A stretch of DNA of 64,000 nucleotides from an uncultured Gemmatimonadales bacterium (GCA_963793305.1 CAWBZV010000005.1:1344001-1408000); one strand, 5' to 3'; counted from the first letter of the stretch, positions 19,674-30,458 are shown. Numbers and translations: made by a program. The notes: generated by a model not told the origin, from the sequence alone.

Positions 19674-21502
19674 TGACCCCAAACGATACAACGACCCTCG
19701 TCCATCTCGTCGGATTCCTGGCGGGGGTCGTGTTGTACGCGATGCTGGCGGTGATGACCGTCCGCCAGCACGCCGCCGGCGACCGCATCGCGTTGGCCAC
19801 TGCCGTCCTCGGCCTCGCCTGGAACTCGGTCGCCTTGGTGATCTACGGCCTCCACGATCTCGGGCTCCCCGCGCCATTGCCGCGCGCTTGGCCTTGGATC
19901 GTGGCGTTGGCGTTCTGCGCCCTCGGCTTCCTGCCGGCTGTCGTCGTCCACTCGGCGGTGCAGTCCGCGGCGCAGTCGGCCGGGCGCCGACGGGGCGGTC
20001 GGGCGCTCGTCTCGCTCGCCTACGGCCTGAGCACAGTCGCCGCGGCGCTGCAGCTCATCGCGGCCGGACGCGGCGAGCCGCTCCCGTCACGCGCGGCCCT
20101 GCAGACAACATCGATCGGCTTCTCGGTGCTGATCGTCGTCCTCGCCCTGTTCGCTCGCCGGCAGCCCGGATGGCGACGCGCGCTCACGGCCGTGGCGCTC
20201 GCCGCGTTCGCGGTCATGGCATTGCACCTGAGCCAACACACCGGAGGCACCGAATCGTGGCCCACGGAGCTCCTCGGCCACCACGCCTCGCTGCCGCTCG
20301 CGCTGGTCATTCTCTATCAAGACTACCGGTTCGCGTTCGCGGACTTGTTTCTCAAGCGCGTCCTGACGGTCGTCGCGCTGCTCGCCATCACCGTCGCGCT
20401 CTATCGGATCGTGATCGCCACGCAACTGGTCGCGGTCCTCGTCGGCTTGTGGGTCGCGACGGCGCTCGCCTATCCCTGGCTTCGCCGGCTGATCTACAAG
20501 GGCGTCGACCGGCTCATCCTGCGCCGCGCGGACTATACCCGCGTGCGGGCCGAGATGACGGGGTGCGTCGCGGCGCTGGACTCGGAACCACAGATTCTCG
20601 ACGCCGCGTGCGAGATCGTGCGCATCGCGCTGACGGCGCGCCAGGTCACGTGGACCACGACGCCACGAGAGGGGGGGGGCACGGTCATCCGCGTTCCGAC
20701 GACCGAGGAGCCCATCTACTTCATCGAGGTCCATGGCTTGGCCGCCGGCCGACGCCTCCTGTCCGACGATCTGGCGATGCTGGAGGCAGTCGCGTTGATC
20801 GTGGCGCGGCGGATCGACGCGGTTCGCGTCACCCGCGAGCGCTACGGCCGCGACCTCCGCGAGCGCGAGATTCTGCAACTGGCGACCGAGGCGCAACTGA
20901 CGGCGCTGCGCGCGCAGCTCAACCCGCACTTCCTGTTCAATGCGCTGACGACGATCGGCTATCTCATGGAAGCCGCGCCGCAGCGCGCGCTGGAGACGCT
21001 GTTTCGACTGACGGGATTGCTGCGCGCCGTTCTCAAAAGATCGGACGGAGAGCTGGGCACGCTCGCCGACGAGCTCGAGATCATTCGATCGTACCTGGGC
21101 GTCGAGGCGGCCCGTTTCGAGGAGCGTTTGGCGGTGACGATCGACGTGCCAGCCGATCTGTCGCCCGTGCCGCTGCCGCCGCTCATCTTGCAACCATTGG
21201 TCGAGAACGCGATCAAGCACGGCATCACGCCACGAAAAGAAGGCGGCCGACTGGTCCTCTCGGCGCGGCGGGACGGTCCCACCATGATCATCACGATTCT
21301 CGACACGGGCGTCGGCGTCTCGGCCGCCGATCTCGCCCAGCGCCGCGCTCGCGGGATCGGTCTCTCGAACGTCGAAGCGCGGCTCGCGCACTACTACGGC
21401 GCCGCCGCGTCGATCGCGGTGCGGAGCGCGCCCGGCGTTGGGACGACGATAGAGGTTCGCGTTCCCGTCGAACACGCCAAGGCCGCGGCGCGGGCCGGCT
21501 GA
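19673..21502 (+). CDS. LytS-family membrane sensor histidine kinase
   Basis: Multi-TM N-terminus; LRAQLNPHFLFNAL, LQPLVENAIKHG, GIGLSNV. Confidence 0.93.
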   Translation: MTPNDTTTLVHLVGFLAGVVLYAMLAVMTVRQHAAGDRIALATAVLGLAWNSVALVIYGLHDLGLPAPLPRAWPWIVALAFCALGFLPAVVVHSAVQSAAQSAGRRRGGRALVSLAYGLSTVAAALQLIAAGRGEPLPSRAALQTTSIGFSVLIVVLALFARRQPGWRRALTAVALAAFAVMALHLSQHTGGTESWPTELLGHHASLPLALVILYQDYRFAFADLFLKRVLTVVALLAITVALYRIVIATQLVAVLVGLWVATALAYPWLRRLIYKGVDRLILRRADYTRVRAEMTGCVAALDSEPQILDAACEIVRIALTARQVTWTTTPREGGGTVIRVPTTEEPIYFIEVHGLAAGRRLLSDDLAMLEAVALIVARRIDAVRVTRERYGRDLREREILQLATEAQLTALRAQLNPHFLFNALTTIGYLMEAAPQRALETLFRLTGLLRAVLKRSDGELGTLADELEIIRSYLGVEAARFEERLAVTIDVPADLSPVPLPPLILQPLVENAIKHGITPRKEGGRLVLSARRDGPTMIITILDTGVGVSAADLAQRRARGIGLSNVEARLAHYYGAAASIAVRSAPGVGTTIEVRVPVEHAKAAARAG

Positions 21503-22282
21503 TCACGGTGCGAGTCGTCATTGCCGACGATGAGCGACCGGCCCGCGCGTTCCTGGCGGCGACGCTGCGGGCGCTCGACGGCGTAGAGCTCGTCGGCGAA
21601 GCGACCGGCGGCGCGGACGCGGTCACGCTCATCGAGCGCACGCACCCGGATCTCGCGCTGCTCGACCTCCAGATGCCGGAGGTCGATGGGTTGGCGGTCG
21701 TGCGCCTCGTGCGCCGGGATCGGCTGCCACTCGTAGCGTTCGTGACCGCGTACGATGAGTACGCGGTGCAGGCATTCGAGTTGAGCGCGATCGACTACTT
21801 GCTCAAGCCCGTCGAGCCGGCGCGCTTACGCGAGACGGTCGCCCGGGCCGCGGCCCGTCTCGCCGGGAGTCGATACCCGCGCGGTCGAGGTCGACCGACT
21901 GCGGGCGGCGGTCGTCGCCTACGATCGCGGCGCGCCGCCGGCCGAGTATCTGCGGCGCATTCCCGTGCGGCGTCGTGATGACACGATCATTCTGCCAACC
22001 GAGCAGATCGTCGCCATCGTTGCCGACGGTGAGCTCTTGCACCTCACGACCGGGACCGGTGAGCGGCATACGATCACGTATCGTCTCAAGGATCTGGAGT
22101 TGAAACTGGATCCGGGTCGTTTTGTCCGATTGTCACGCAGCGCCATCGTCAACATCGACGCGGTCGCGCGTGTGAGCCCGATGCCCGGCGGGACGTACGT
22201 GGTGACGTTGACGAACAAACTTCAGGTGGCCGTAAGCCGGGGCCGGGCGCGGACGCTGCGGGACGTGTTACTGCGACTGTAG
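21499..22282 (+). pseudogene. LytTR-family response regulator with a +1 frameshift at about 21865-21867
   Basis: REC domain (IADDE, LDLQMPEVDG, FVTAYDEYA, DYLLKP) and LytTR domain (FVRLSRSAIVN, VSRGR) in different frames; deleting one G from GGG joins them. Start CTG 21499 or GTG 21508. Confidence 0.88.
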
Positions 22283-22295
22283 CCACAAGTGACAC

Positions 22296-22751
22296 TCAGG
22301 GACCCGCGTCCGGCGAACGAATGCGACTCGCGATGGCGGGCCACGCGACGCGAGTGAAATGCGCGACGTTCCAGGTGTATACCGCATTGACACCAGCGCG
22401 CTCGGCGGCTTTGAGTATCAAGGCGTCGAACACCTGTCCGCTGCGGATTCCCGCACGCGCGCAGTGTGAGAGCACCCAGCGATAGTCCGCGACGTCCAGC
22501 GCCACAGCGGTGAAGACCGATGCCGCGTGCTCCACGTTAGCCAAGACGTTGGTGGTCCGTCGCATGCGCGGGGGAGGTGTCGCGGTAAGTGTCGCATAGA
22601 GCTCGGCGAGCGTGTGGGCGGCGCAGAAAGCCCGATCCGGTTTTGCTGTGGCCACGAGGGCGAGCGAAGGGGCGTGATGTTGATGCACGGTGTCGGATGC
22701 GGCGACCAACACCGTCGTATCGCAGCAGAACGTGGATCGCGTTCGACTCAC
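22296..22751 (-). CDS. vapC: VapC/PIN-domain toxin
   Basis: DTTVLVAA, HTLAELY, VFDALI..AA, YTWN..HF. Confidence 0.85.
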   Translation of the reverse strand: MSRTRSTFCCDTTVLVAASDTVHQHHAPSLALVATAKPDRAFCAAHTLAELYATLTATPPPRMRRTTNVLANVEHAASVFTAVALDVADYRWVLSHCARAGIRSGQVFDALILKAAERAGVNAVYTWNVAHFTRVAWPAIASRIRSPDAGP

Positions 22752-22758
22752 TCGCCGG

Positions 22759-23031
22759 TCATCCGCGCGTGCGGCGATCGCGTTCGGCGTCGACCACCGC
22801 GACCGGGTCCACCGACTCGCGAGCGTCGTCGCTCGTCTCGGAGTGGAAGACCACCCATCCACTCGGAGCGCGCGTCGCCGGGACCTCGTGACCAACGGGT
22901 CGCAACACGATCCCGTCGGGAGTCTCCACGATTTCCATCTCGTGCGAGGCCCCGGAAATGCCGAAGCGATCACGCACCGCGCGGGGGAGCACCACGCGGC
23001 CAGAGCGATCCATTATTACGGTTCTGGCCAT
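22759..23031 (-). CDS. AbrB/MazE/SpoVT-type antitoxin
   Basis: MDRSGRVVLPRAVRDRFGI...GIVLRP; directly upstream of the PIN gene. Confidence 0.88.
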   Translation of the reverse strand: MARTVIMDRSGRVVLPRAVRDRFGISGASHEMEIVETPDGIVLRPVGHEVPATRAPSGWVVFHSETSDDARESVDPVAVVDAERDRRTRG

Positions 23032-23070
23032 GGCTAAAGATTGCCATAAATTGAGCCATTGTCAAGCCAT
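23027..23070 (-). promoter_or_regulatory. TA operon promoter with ATGGC repeats (candidate autoregulatory operator)
   Basis: Minus strand TTGACA-N16-CAATCT-N6-ATG; inverted repeat ATGGC-N8-GCCAT at 23030-23047. Confidence 0.55.
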
Positions 23071-23311
23071 GCGCCTTCCATGCCACTCATCACCAGTACG
23101 CCAGTGCCGCAAGGGTGGCTCCTGGGTCAGCGTGACGCTGGTTAGCGCAGGGTTCGGACGCGTGTTGCGTGAGTGGCGCGCCAGACTGGTCTTCGCGTCC
23201 GCCGGACACGTCGTGCACGAGTATGCGATTCCGCTCGAGACGATGGACCGTCGACGCCTCGTATCGGTGCGTTCGACGTGACGTAGGCGTTCGCTCTTCA
23301 GTCCGTGGAAG

Positions 23312-25009
<1,698 letters not shown>

Positions 25010-25017
25010 GAGGCCCG

Positions 25018-26262
25018 TTGCTCGACCGTCGCCGCTTCCTCGGAATGAGCTCGATGTTCGCCGCTGGTCTGTCGCTGCTGCCGGACGCCGTACTCTACGA
25101 GCGCGATCCGGACGCCTACTGGGCGGACATTCGCAAGAAATTCCTGATCCCGAGAGACGAGGTCTACCTCAACAACGGGACGGTCGGCTCGAGCCCTGCG
25201 CCAGTGCTCCAAGCGGTGTTCGACGGGTACAACACGCTCGAGAAGATGGCCGATGTGGACCCCGAGGATTACCCGATCTGGGGTTACGCGGCGTGGAACC
25301 AGTTTCGAGATCCGCTGGCCGCATTTGTGGGCTGCGCCCGCGACAATCTCGCCCTCGTTCGGAATAGCACGGAAGCGAACAGTTATCTGGCAAACGGGAT
25401 CGACCTCAAGCCAGGCGACGAGGTGCTCATGACGGACCAAGAGCACCCGGGTGGCGAGCATCCGTGGAACCTCAAAGCGAAGCGCTACGGAGTCGTCGTC
25501 AAGAAGGTCGCGCTGCCGAAGCCCGTGAAGGACGCAAATCAGGTGCTGACGCTGTTCAACGACGCGATCACCGATCGCACGCGGGTAATATTTTTCAGCC
25601 ACATCACGACCGTCACGGGTGTCGTGCTGCCGGCCAAGGAGCTCTGTGCGCTGGCTCGCACCAAGGGAATCCTGTCGTTCGTCGATGGCGCACACGTCAC
25701 CGGCATGATGCGCTTGAACGTGACGGACCTGGGCTGCGACGCGTATTCGTCGAGCCCGCACAAGTGGCTGCAAGCGCCTAAGGGCACCGGGTTCCTCTAC
25801 ATTCGCGACGACGTGATGGACCGGGTCTGGAACACGATCGTCACCGAAGGCTGGGACGAGCCAAAGCTTAAGGCCGAGCGCTTCCAGCGGATCGGGTCGT
25901 CGAACGTCCCGTCGCTCTGGGGACTCAAGGCCGCGATCGAGTTCGCCAGCTCGATCGGGATCGACAAGATCGAGAGTCGTCACCGCGAGCTCTGTGACTA
26001 TATCCTCGCCGAGATGATGAAGCGCGGGGCCGAGTCGTGGACATCACCGGATCCCGCGCTGCGCTGCGCGATCGCGACGGTGAACGTCCCGCCGATCAAG
26101 AAGACGGATCTGGAGACGTGGCTGTGGCAGAAGCACAAGATCCGCATCCGCGGCGGCGACCCGTCGAAGCTCCGGCTCTCGACACCGTACTATCTCCAGC
26201 GGAAGGATATCGACCGGTATCTCGCCGCGTTCGACCAGTACAAGGCCGGCAAACTTACATAA
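25018..26262 (+). CDS. Class V PLP-dependent enzyme (CefD/isopenicillin-N-epimerase-like) with twin-arginine signal
   Basis: DRRRFLG, YLNNGTVG, NSTEA, DQEHPG, VDGAH, SSPHKWL. Confidence 0.85.
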   Translation: MLDRRRFLGMSSMFAAGLSLLPDAVLYERDPDAYWADIRKKFLIPRDEVYLNNGTVGSSPAPVLQAVFDGYNTLEKMADVDPEDYPIWGYAAWNQFRDPLAAFVGCARDNLALVRNSTEANSYLANGIDLKPGDEVLMTDQEHPGGEHPWNLKAKRYGVVVKKVALPKPVKDANQVLTLFNDAITDRTRVIFFSHITTVTGVVLPAKELCALARTKGILSFVDGAHVTGMMRLNVTDLGCDAYSSSPHKWLQAPKGTGFLYIRDDVMDRVWNTIVTEGWDEPKLKAERFQRIGSSNVPSLWGLKAAIEFASSIGIDKIESRHRELCDYILAEMMKRGAESWTSPDPALRCAIATVNVPPIKKTDLETWLWQKHKIRIRGGDPSKLRLSTPYYLQRKDIDRYLAAFDQYKAGKLT

Positions 26263-26303
26263 CGTAGCGAGCGTGGAGAAATTCTCGTTGAGGAGGCGTG
26301 CGT

Positions 26304-26921
26304 ATGCTCCTGCTCATGACGAAAGCATACCTCCAATCGATCCGCGAGATTCAACAAGTGACGGGGCCGAACATGTGCCTGGCCTCGAGCAAGTTTCTCG
26401 CGTTGAAGTTGCTCGGATTTGTTCGCGCGCACGCGACGCTCAATGATTTTCTGCGCTCACCGTGGGCGAAGCGGCACCAGGATCTACCGCTGCAGGGTTG
26501 TTGGGGCGGCAGCATCACGGAGCACAACGCGATGTTCAACGCGACCGTGCTGCCCGCGGCCATCAATGACGCGACGGCCAACGTGAAGACTTCGGGCAGT
26601 CGGCGGGTGAAGTTCCACCAGGGTTTCACATACTGGTACGGGAATCCCGCCAAGGCCGACACGATGCTGTCGCAGCTCACGCCACTCGTCGTGGGCGTGA
26701 GCATCCACGGCGGGACCGCTCGCGATCATTTCATCGTGATCTTCCGGGATCACGCCGGCCAGGCGTGGGCGATCGACTCCTGGCCGGGTGATCTGGACAA
26801 GGCAGTGGCTCAGCTCAGCGATGACTTCAGCTTCGCGACGTCCACGTCAGTTCACATGACCGCTGATGCCAAAGTCACCAGCATCCCCTGTGGGATGCCG
26901 TTCTTTGGCTACTTTGGCTGA
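26304..26921 (+). CDS. Hypothetical protein, possible C39-like papain-fold peptidase
   Basis: Q..GPNMCLASS, DHFIVI, AIDSWP; AGGAGG 7 nt before the ATG. Confidence 0.55.
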   Translation: MLLLMTKAYLQSIREIQQVTGPNMCLASSKFLALKLLGFVRAHATLNDFLRSPWAKRHQDLPLQGCWGGSITEHNAMFNATVLPAAINDATANVKTSGSRRVKFHQGFTYWYGNPAKADTMLSQLTPLVVGVSIHGGTARDHFIVIFRDHAGQAWAIDSWPGDLDKAVAQLSDDFSFATSTSVHMTADAKVTSIPCGMPFFGYFG

Positions 26922-27768
26922 GCGAGCCGGGTAGGCGGCTTCGTGCTCGGCGGCCTGCTGTACGGCCCAGGTGAGCGCGTAGTCGGCAACCTCCTCCCAG
27001 CCTTTCTCGCCGATCGTGAAGTGTGACCGCTCCGGGAACTCCCTGAAGTCCACGTTCGCGTTCGACTGGGCCGCTGCGTACAGGCCATACGTGGCCTGCG
27101 TCAGCGACGCCGGCGCGATGTGGTCCTTGCCGCCGGCGATGAGCAGGAGCGGCGCGCGGTAGTCGTTCTCGAAATTGATGGCCGCCGGCGAGTGAGGGGA
27201 CAGGTTCGCGAGCGCGTCCTCGAAGAGCACGCGATTCGTACCCGGGACTTCATAGCGGTCGTAGGCCACCGCCGCCTCCTCGTCCGTCATCGTGTTCGTG
27301 AACGCGTAATGGAACTCGGCCGACGTTTCCTCGTGTGTCTTGTTCACGCCGAACGGATTGCGGAGCGAGGGGAAGGCGGTGCGCAGCGTGGAGATCGGCA
27401 GCACCCAGAATGCCTTTCGGGGGCGCCGGATCGATCGAGACCCCGGCCGCGCCGAGACCGCGATCGAGGAGGATCTGCGTGACGAGTCCACCGAACGAGT
27501 GACCCATGAGAATTGGCGGCCGCTCCTGCTCGCGAATGATCGCGTCGAAATGGTCGACAATCTGCTTCAATCCGAGGCCCGCGATGCGCGACGGATCTCG
27601 CCGAAGGTCCTCGACGCTGACATCCTCCATGCCCGGCCAGCCACGGGCGATGACGTTGTAGCCCTTGGCGGTGAAGCGCTCGATCCAATGCTCCCAACTG
27701 AGCGCGGTCACCCACAGGCCATGAATGAGAACGATCGATGGCGCGGCGACATCGGGTTGACTCGACAT
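26847..27768 (-). pseudogene. Alpha/beta hydrolase with a +1 frameshift at about 27404-27406
   Basis: LIHGLW, GHSFGG in one frame; PLLLIAGGKDH, RSHF in another; deleting one G gives PKGILVLPIST. Confidence 0.85.
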
Positions 27769-27781
27769 GTTACCTTCCCTG

Positions 27782-28681
27782 ATGAAGAAAGACGTCTCAC
27801 TGATCGTACTCATGGCCGCGGGACCGGCGCTAGCCCAGGTCCCGACCTATCCCGCCACGTTCCACACGCGTGACATCGCCACGAACGGCGCGGTGATCCA
27901 CGTGCGCATCGGCGGGAAGGGTCCAGCGGTCCTCCTGCTGCATGGCTTCGGCGATACTGGCGACATGTGGGCGCCCTTGGCTGCCGATCTCATGAGCGAC
28001 CACACAGTGATCGCCCCCGATCTTCGCGGGATGGGCCTCTCGTCCCACCCGGATGCCGGCTACGACAAAAAGAACGAAGCCGCCGACATGGCCGACGTCC
28101 TCGACACGCTCAAGATCGGCAAGGTCGATGTCGTCGCCCACGACATCGGGAACATGGTGGCATTCGCGTTCGTCGCCCGGTACCCCGACCGAGCCAACAA
28201 GCTCGTGCTCATGGATGCGCCGGTTCCCGGGGTCGCCAACTGGGACGAGCTCTCTCATACGCCCAAGACCTGGCATTTCTATTTCTACGGGCCCGACGAG
28301 GAGCGGCTGGTCGCCGGCCGCGAGCGCATCTATCTCGATCGGTTCTACGACGAGTTCTCAGCGCACCCCGCCAAGGTCAACGAAGGGATCCGCGAGCACT
28401 ACACGGCGCTCTATGCCCGGCCGCACGCGATACACGATGCCTTTGAGCAGTTCAAGGCATTCCCGCAGGACGCCAAAGACAACCAGGCGTGGCTCGCCAA
28501 CGGCAAGCTCTCCACCCCCGTTCTCGCGATCGGGGGCGAGAAATCGTACGGAGCCGGTCTGGCGGACGTGGCCCGGGCGGCGTTTACGAACGTCCAGGGC
28601 GCGGTGATTCCCGATGCCGGCCATTGGCTGATGGAGGAGCAACCGCAGGCCGTTATCGCTGCCGTGCGGCCATTTCTCTAG
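27782..28681 (+). CDS. Alpha/beta hydrolase (epoxide hydrolase/dehalogenase-like, Asp nucleophile) with signal peptide
   Basis: LLHGFG, PDLRGMG, AHDIG, AGHWLMEEQP. Confidence 0.9.
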   Translation: MKKDVSLIVLMAAGPALAQVPTYPATFHTRDIATNGAVIHVRIGGKGPAVLLLHGFGDTGDMWAPLAADLMSDHTVIAPDLRGMGLSSHPDAGYDKKNEAADMADVLDTLKIGKVDVVAHDIGNMVAFAFVARYPDRANKLVLMDAPVPGVANWDELSHTPKTWHFYFYGPDEERLVAGRERIYLDRFYDEFSAHPAKVNEGIREHYTALYARPHAIHDAFEQFKAFPQDAKDNQAWLANGKLSTPVLAIGGEKSYGAGLADVARAAFTNVQGAVIPDAGHWLMEEQPQAVIAAVRPFL

Positions 28682-28688
28682 AGGCGTC

Positions 28689-29915
28689 CTACGCCGCGGG
28701 CGGCGTCACGATGCGGCCGGCGAACAGCACCGTGCCGGACAACCGCTCGCGGATGGCGAACACATACGGCCGATCGACGACGAACGGGGCCTCGAGCGCA
28801 GTCGGGACGATGCCCACGCCGGTGGCCGCCGCCGCCGTCGTGCCGCGCTCGTCGACGCTCACGTACGTCTTCTGAAAGACGTCGGAGATCGTGACCGGGG
28901 TAGAGGTCATCTGCGAGAAATCGGCAAGATCGGTGAACGCGACGCCCATCCCCATCGACGTGAGGGCGGTGTTCAGGTGATCCTGCCAAGCCAGTTGGAC
29001 CTTCGGGATCTTCACCTCCATCACCGTCGGTCGGAGCGATGCGATGAGTGACGACCAGCCCCCGCTCGCTAGGTCGGCGGTCACCGCATCCACACTCACG
29101 CCGCTCGCCGGCAGAACGATCGTCATCCGGAACGCGCCGCCACCATAGGGGAGATCCACCGCCGCGTAGTCGGCCGTCGCCGCGGTGGACACCGTGTCGC
29201 GTCCATCCATCAGAGTGATCGGCGCCGTGGCGCCTGACGCGAGATAGAACGTCGCCGTATGCGTGTTGGACGCATCGAATGCCTGCCGCCACGGAGCGCT
29301 GAAGTACACGGCGTCGGCGAGGAACACGCGCCAGGTTGTCGGGATCGATGCCAGCAGCGTCGGAATCTTGCCGCCGGTGCTGTGATCGACCCAGTTGTTG
29401 ATCGTTCCCACCGCCGAGGGTGATGTGAAGTCCAGGGCCGTGACGGGGGCGTTGAAGAACGTCTGGGATCGCGTCGCGAACCCCGGAAGGATCGAAATCC
29501 GAGGGTCGTACCACACGGCGTTCGCGACGGTGACGTCGACGTTCGGGTCGAGCTTCGTGAGGAGCGCGAACAACGTCTGATAGGCGGTGTCCATCGACGC
29601 CATCGACTGCCCTCCGAAGCCCAGGACCGTCTGCATGGACGCGAGCGTCGTACCGGCCGCGCCATTCGCCGTCAGGCCCAGTGCCGCCGACGCGCTCAAT
29701 GGCGACAGAAAGACATTGATGTCCGGTTCCCGTGCCGTTTCGACACGCAGCAAGTTGAACGCGAAGCCGCCGGTCGCCGCGACGAGCGTGCGTTCCGAGG
29801 CCGTGAGCGGGCGCGGAAGGGCCGTAATCGCCGTCGCCCCGCGCGGAGGCGCGACGGCGTCGGAACAGGCGACGAGGACCATCCCGGTCGCGAGTACCGC
29901 GAGTAAGTTCTTCAT
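28689..29915 (-). CDS. Serpin-family lipoprotein
   Basis: Lipobox LVAC; NVFLSPLS, INNWV..STGGKIP, AVYF..PW, DERGTTAAAAT, FVVDRPY..LFAGRI. Confidence 0.93.
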   Translation of the reverse strand: MKNLLAVLATGMVLVACSDAVAPPRGATAITALPRPLTASERTLVAATGGFAFNLLRVETAREPDINVFLSPLSASAALGLTANGAAGTTLASMQTVLGFGGQSMASMDTAYQTLFALLTKLDPNVDVTVANAVWYDPRISILPGFATRSQTFFNAPVTALDFTSPSAVGTINNWVDHSTGGKIPTLLASIPTTWRVFLADAVYFSAPWRQAFDASNTHTATFYLASGATAPITLMDGRDTVSTAATADYAAVDLPYGGGAFRMTIVLPASGVSVDAVTADLASGGWSSLIASLRPTVMEVKIPKVQLAWQDHLNTALTSMGMGVAFTDLADFSQMTSTPVTISDVFQKTYVSVDERGTTAAAATGVGIVPTALEAPFVVDRPYVFAIRERLSGTVLFAGRIVTPPAA

Positions 29916-29956
29916 ACCGTGATGGACCCCGTGCCAGCGCGATGCGTCATCACGAG

Positions 29957-29985
29957 TTGACAGGCCGTAAGTGCTTTGGTAGCTT
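29957..29985 (+). promoter_or_regulatory. Sigma70-type promoter for the rplM-rpsI operon
   Basis: TTGACA-N17-TAGCTT. Confidence 0.75.
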
Positions 29986-30017
29986 ACAAGTCTGTCAAAA
30001 ACAGCCCTAACCATACT

Positions 30018-30458
30018 ATGAGAACATTTTCCGCGACTCCCGCGGACATTGAGCATCGCTGGTATATCGTCGACGCCGACGGCCTCGTATTGGGTCGCCT
30101 CGCGTCGGAGGTCGCCAAGGTCATTCGCGGCAAGCACAAGCCCACGTTCACGCCGCACATGGACACGGGCGACTACGTGATTGTTATCAACGCGTCGAAG
30201 GTCAAAGTCACGGGCCGGAAGGCCGAGCAAAAAGAGTACTTCCGTCACACCGGTTACATGGGCCACGAGCGGTTTACGCCGCTCGGGACGATGCTCGCGA
30301 AGCATCCCGAGCGCGTCGTGGAGAAGGCCGTGTACGGCATGCTCCCCAAGACGGCGCTTGGCCGACAGGACTTGCGCCGCAAGCTCCGCGTGTTCGCCGG
30401 TGCCGAGCACCCGCACGCTGCGCAGCAACCCACGCCACTCCCGATCGATGCCCGCTGA
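30018..30458 (+). CDS. rplM: 50S ribosomal protein L13
   Basis: WYIVDA..LGRLAS..GKHKP.FTPHMDTGD, HPHAAQQP. Confidence 0.98.
   Translation: MRTFSATPADIEHRWYIVDADGLVLGRLASEVAKVIRGKHKPTFTPHMDTGDYVIVINASKVKVTGRKAEQKEYFRHTGYMGHERFTPLGTMLAKHPERVVEKAVYGMLPKTALGRQDLRRKLRVFAGAEHPHAAQQPTPLPIDAR

Noticed and set aside
19888..21978. 696-aa ORF overlapping the LytS kinase
   Set aside because: GC-rich shadow frame; only the part from about 21499 is the real receiver domain
23128..23150. Third copy of the TGACGC promoter motif (GTGACGCTGGTTAGCGCAG)
   Set aside because: Needs a gap and several mismatches, and no matching -10 follows
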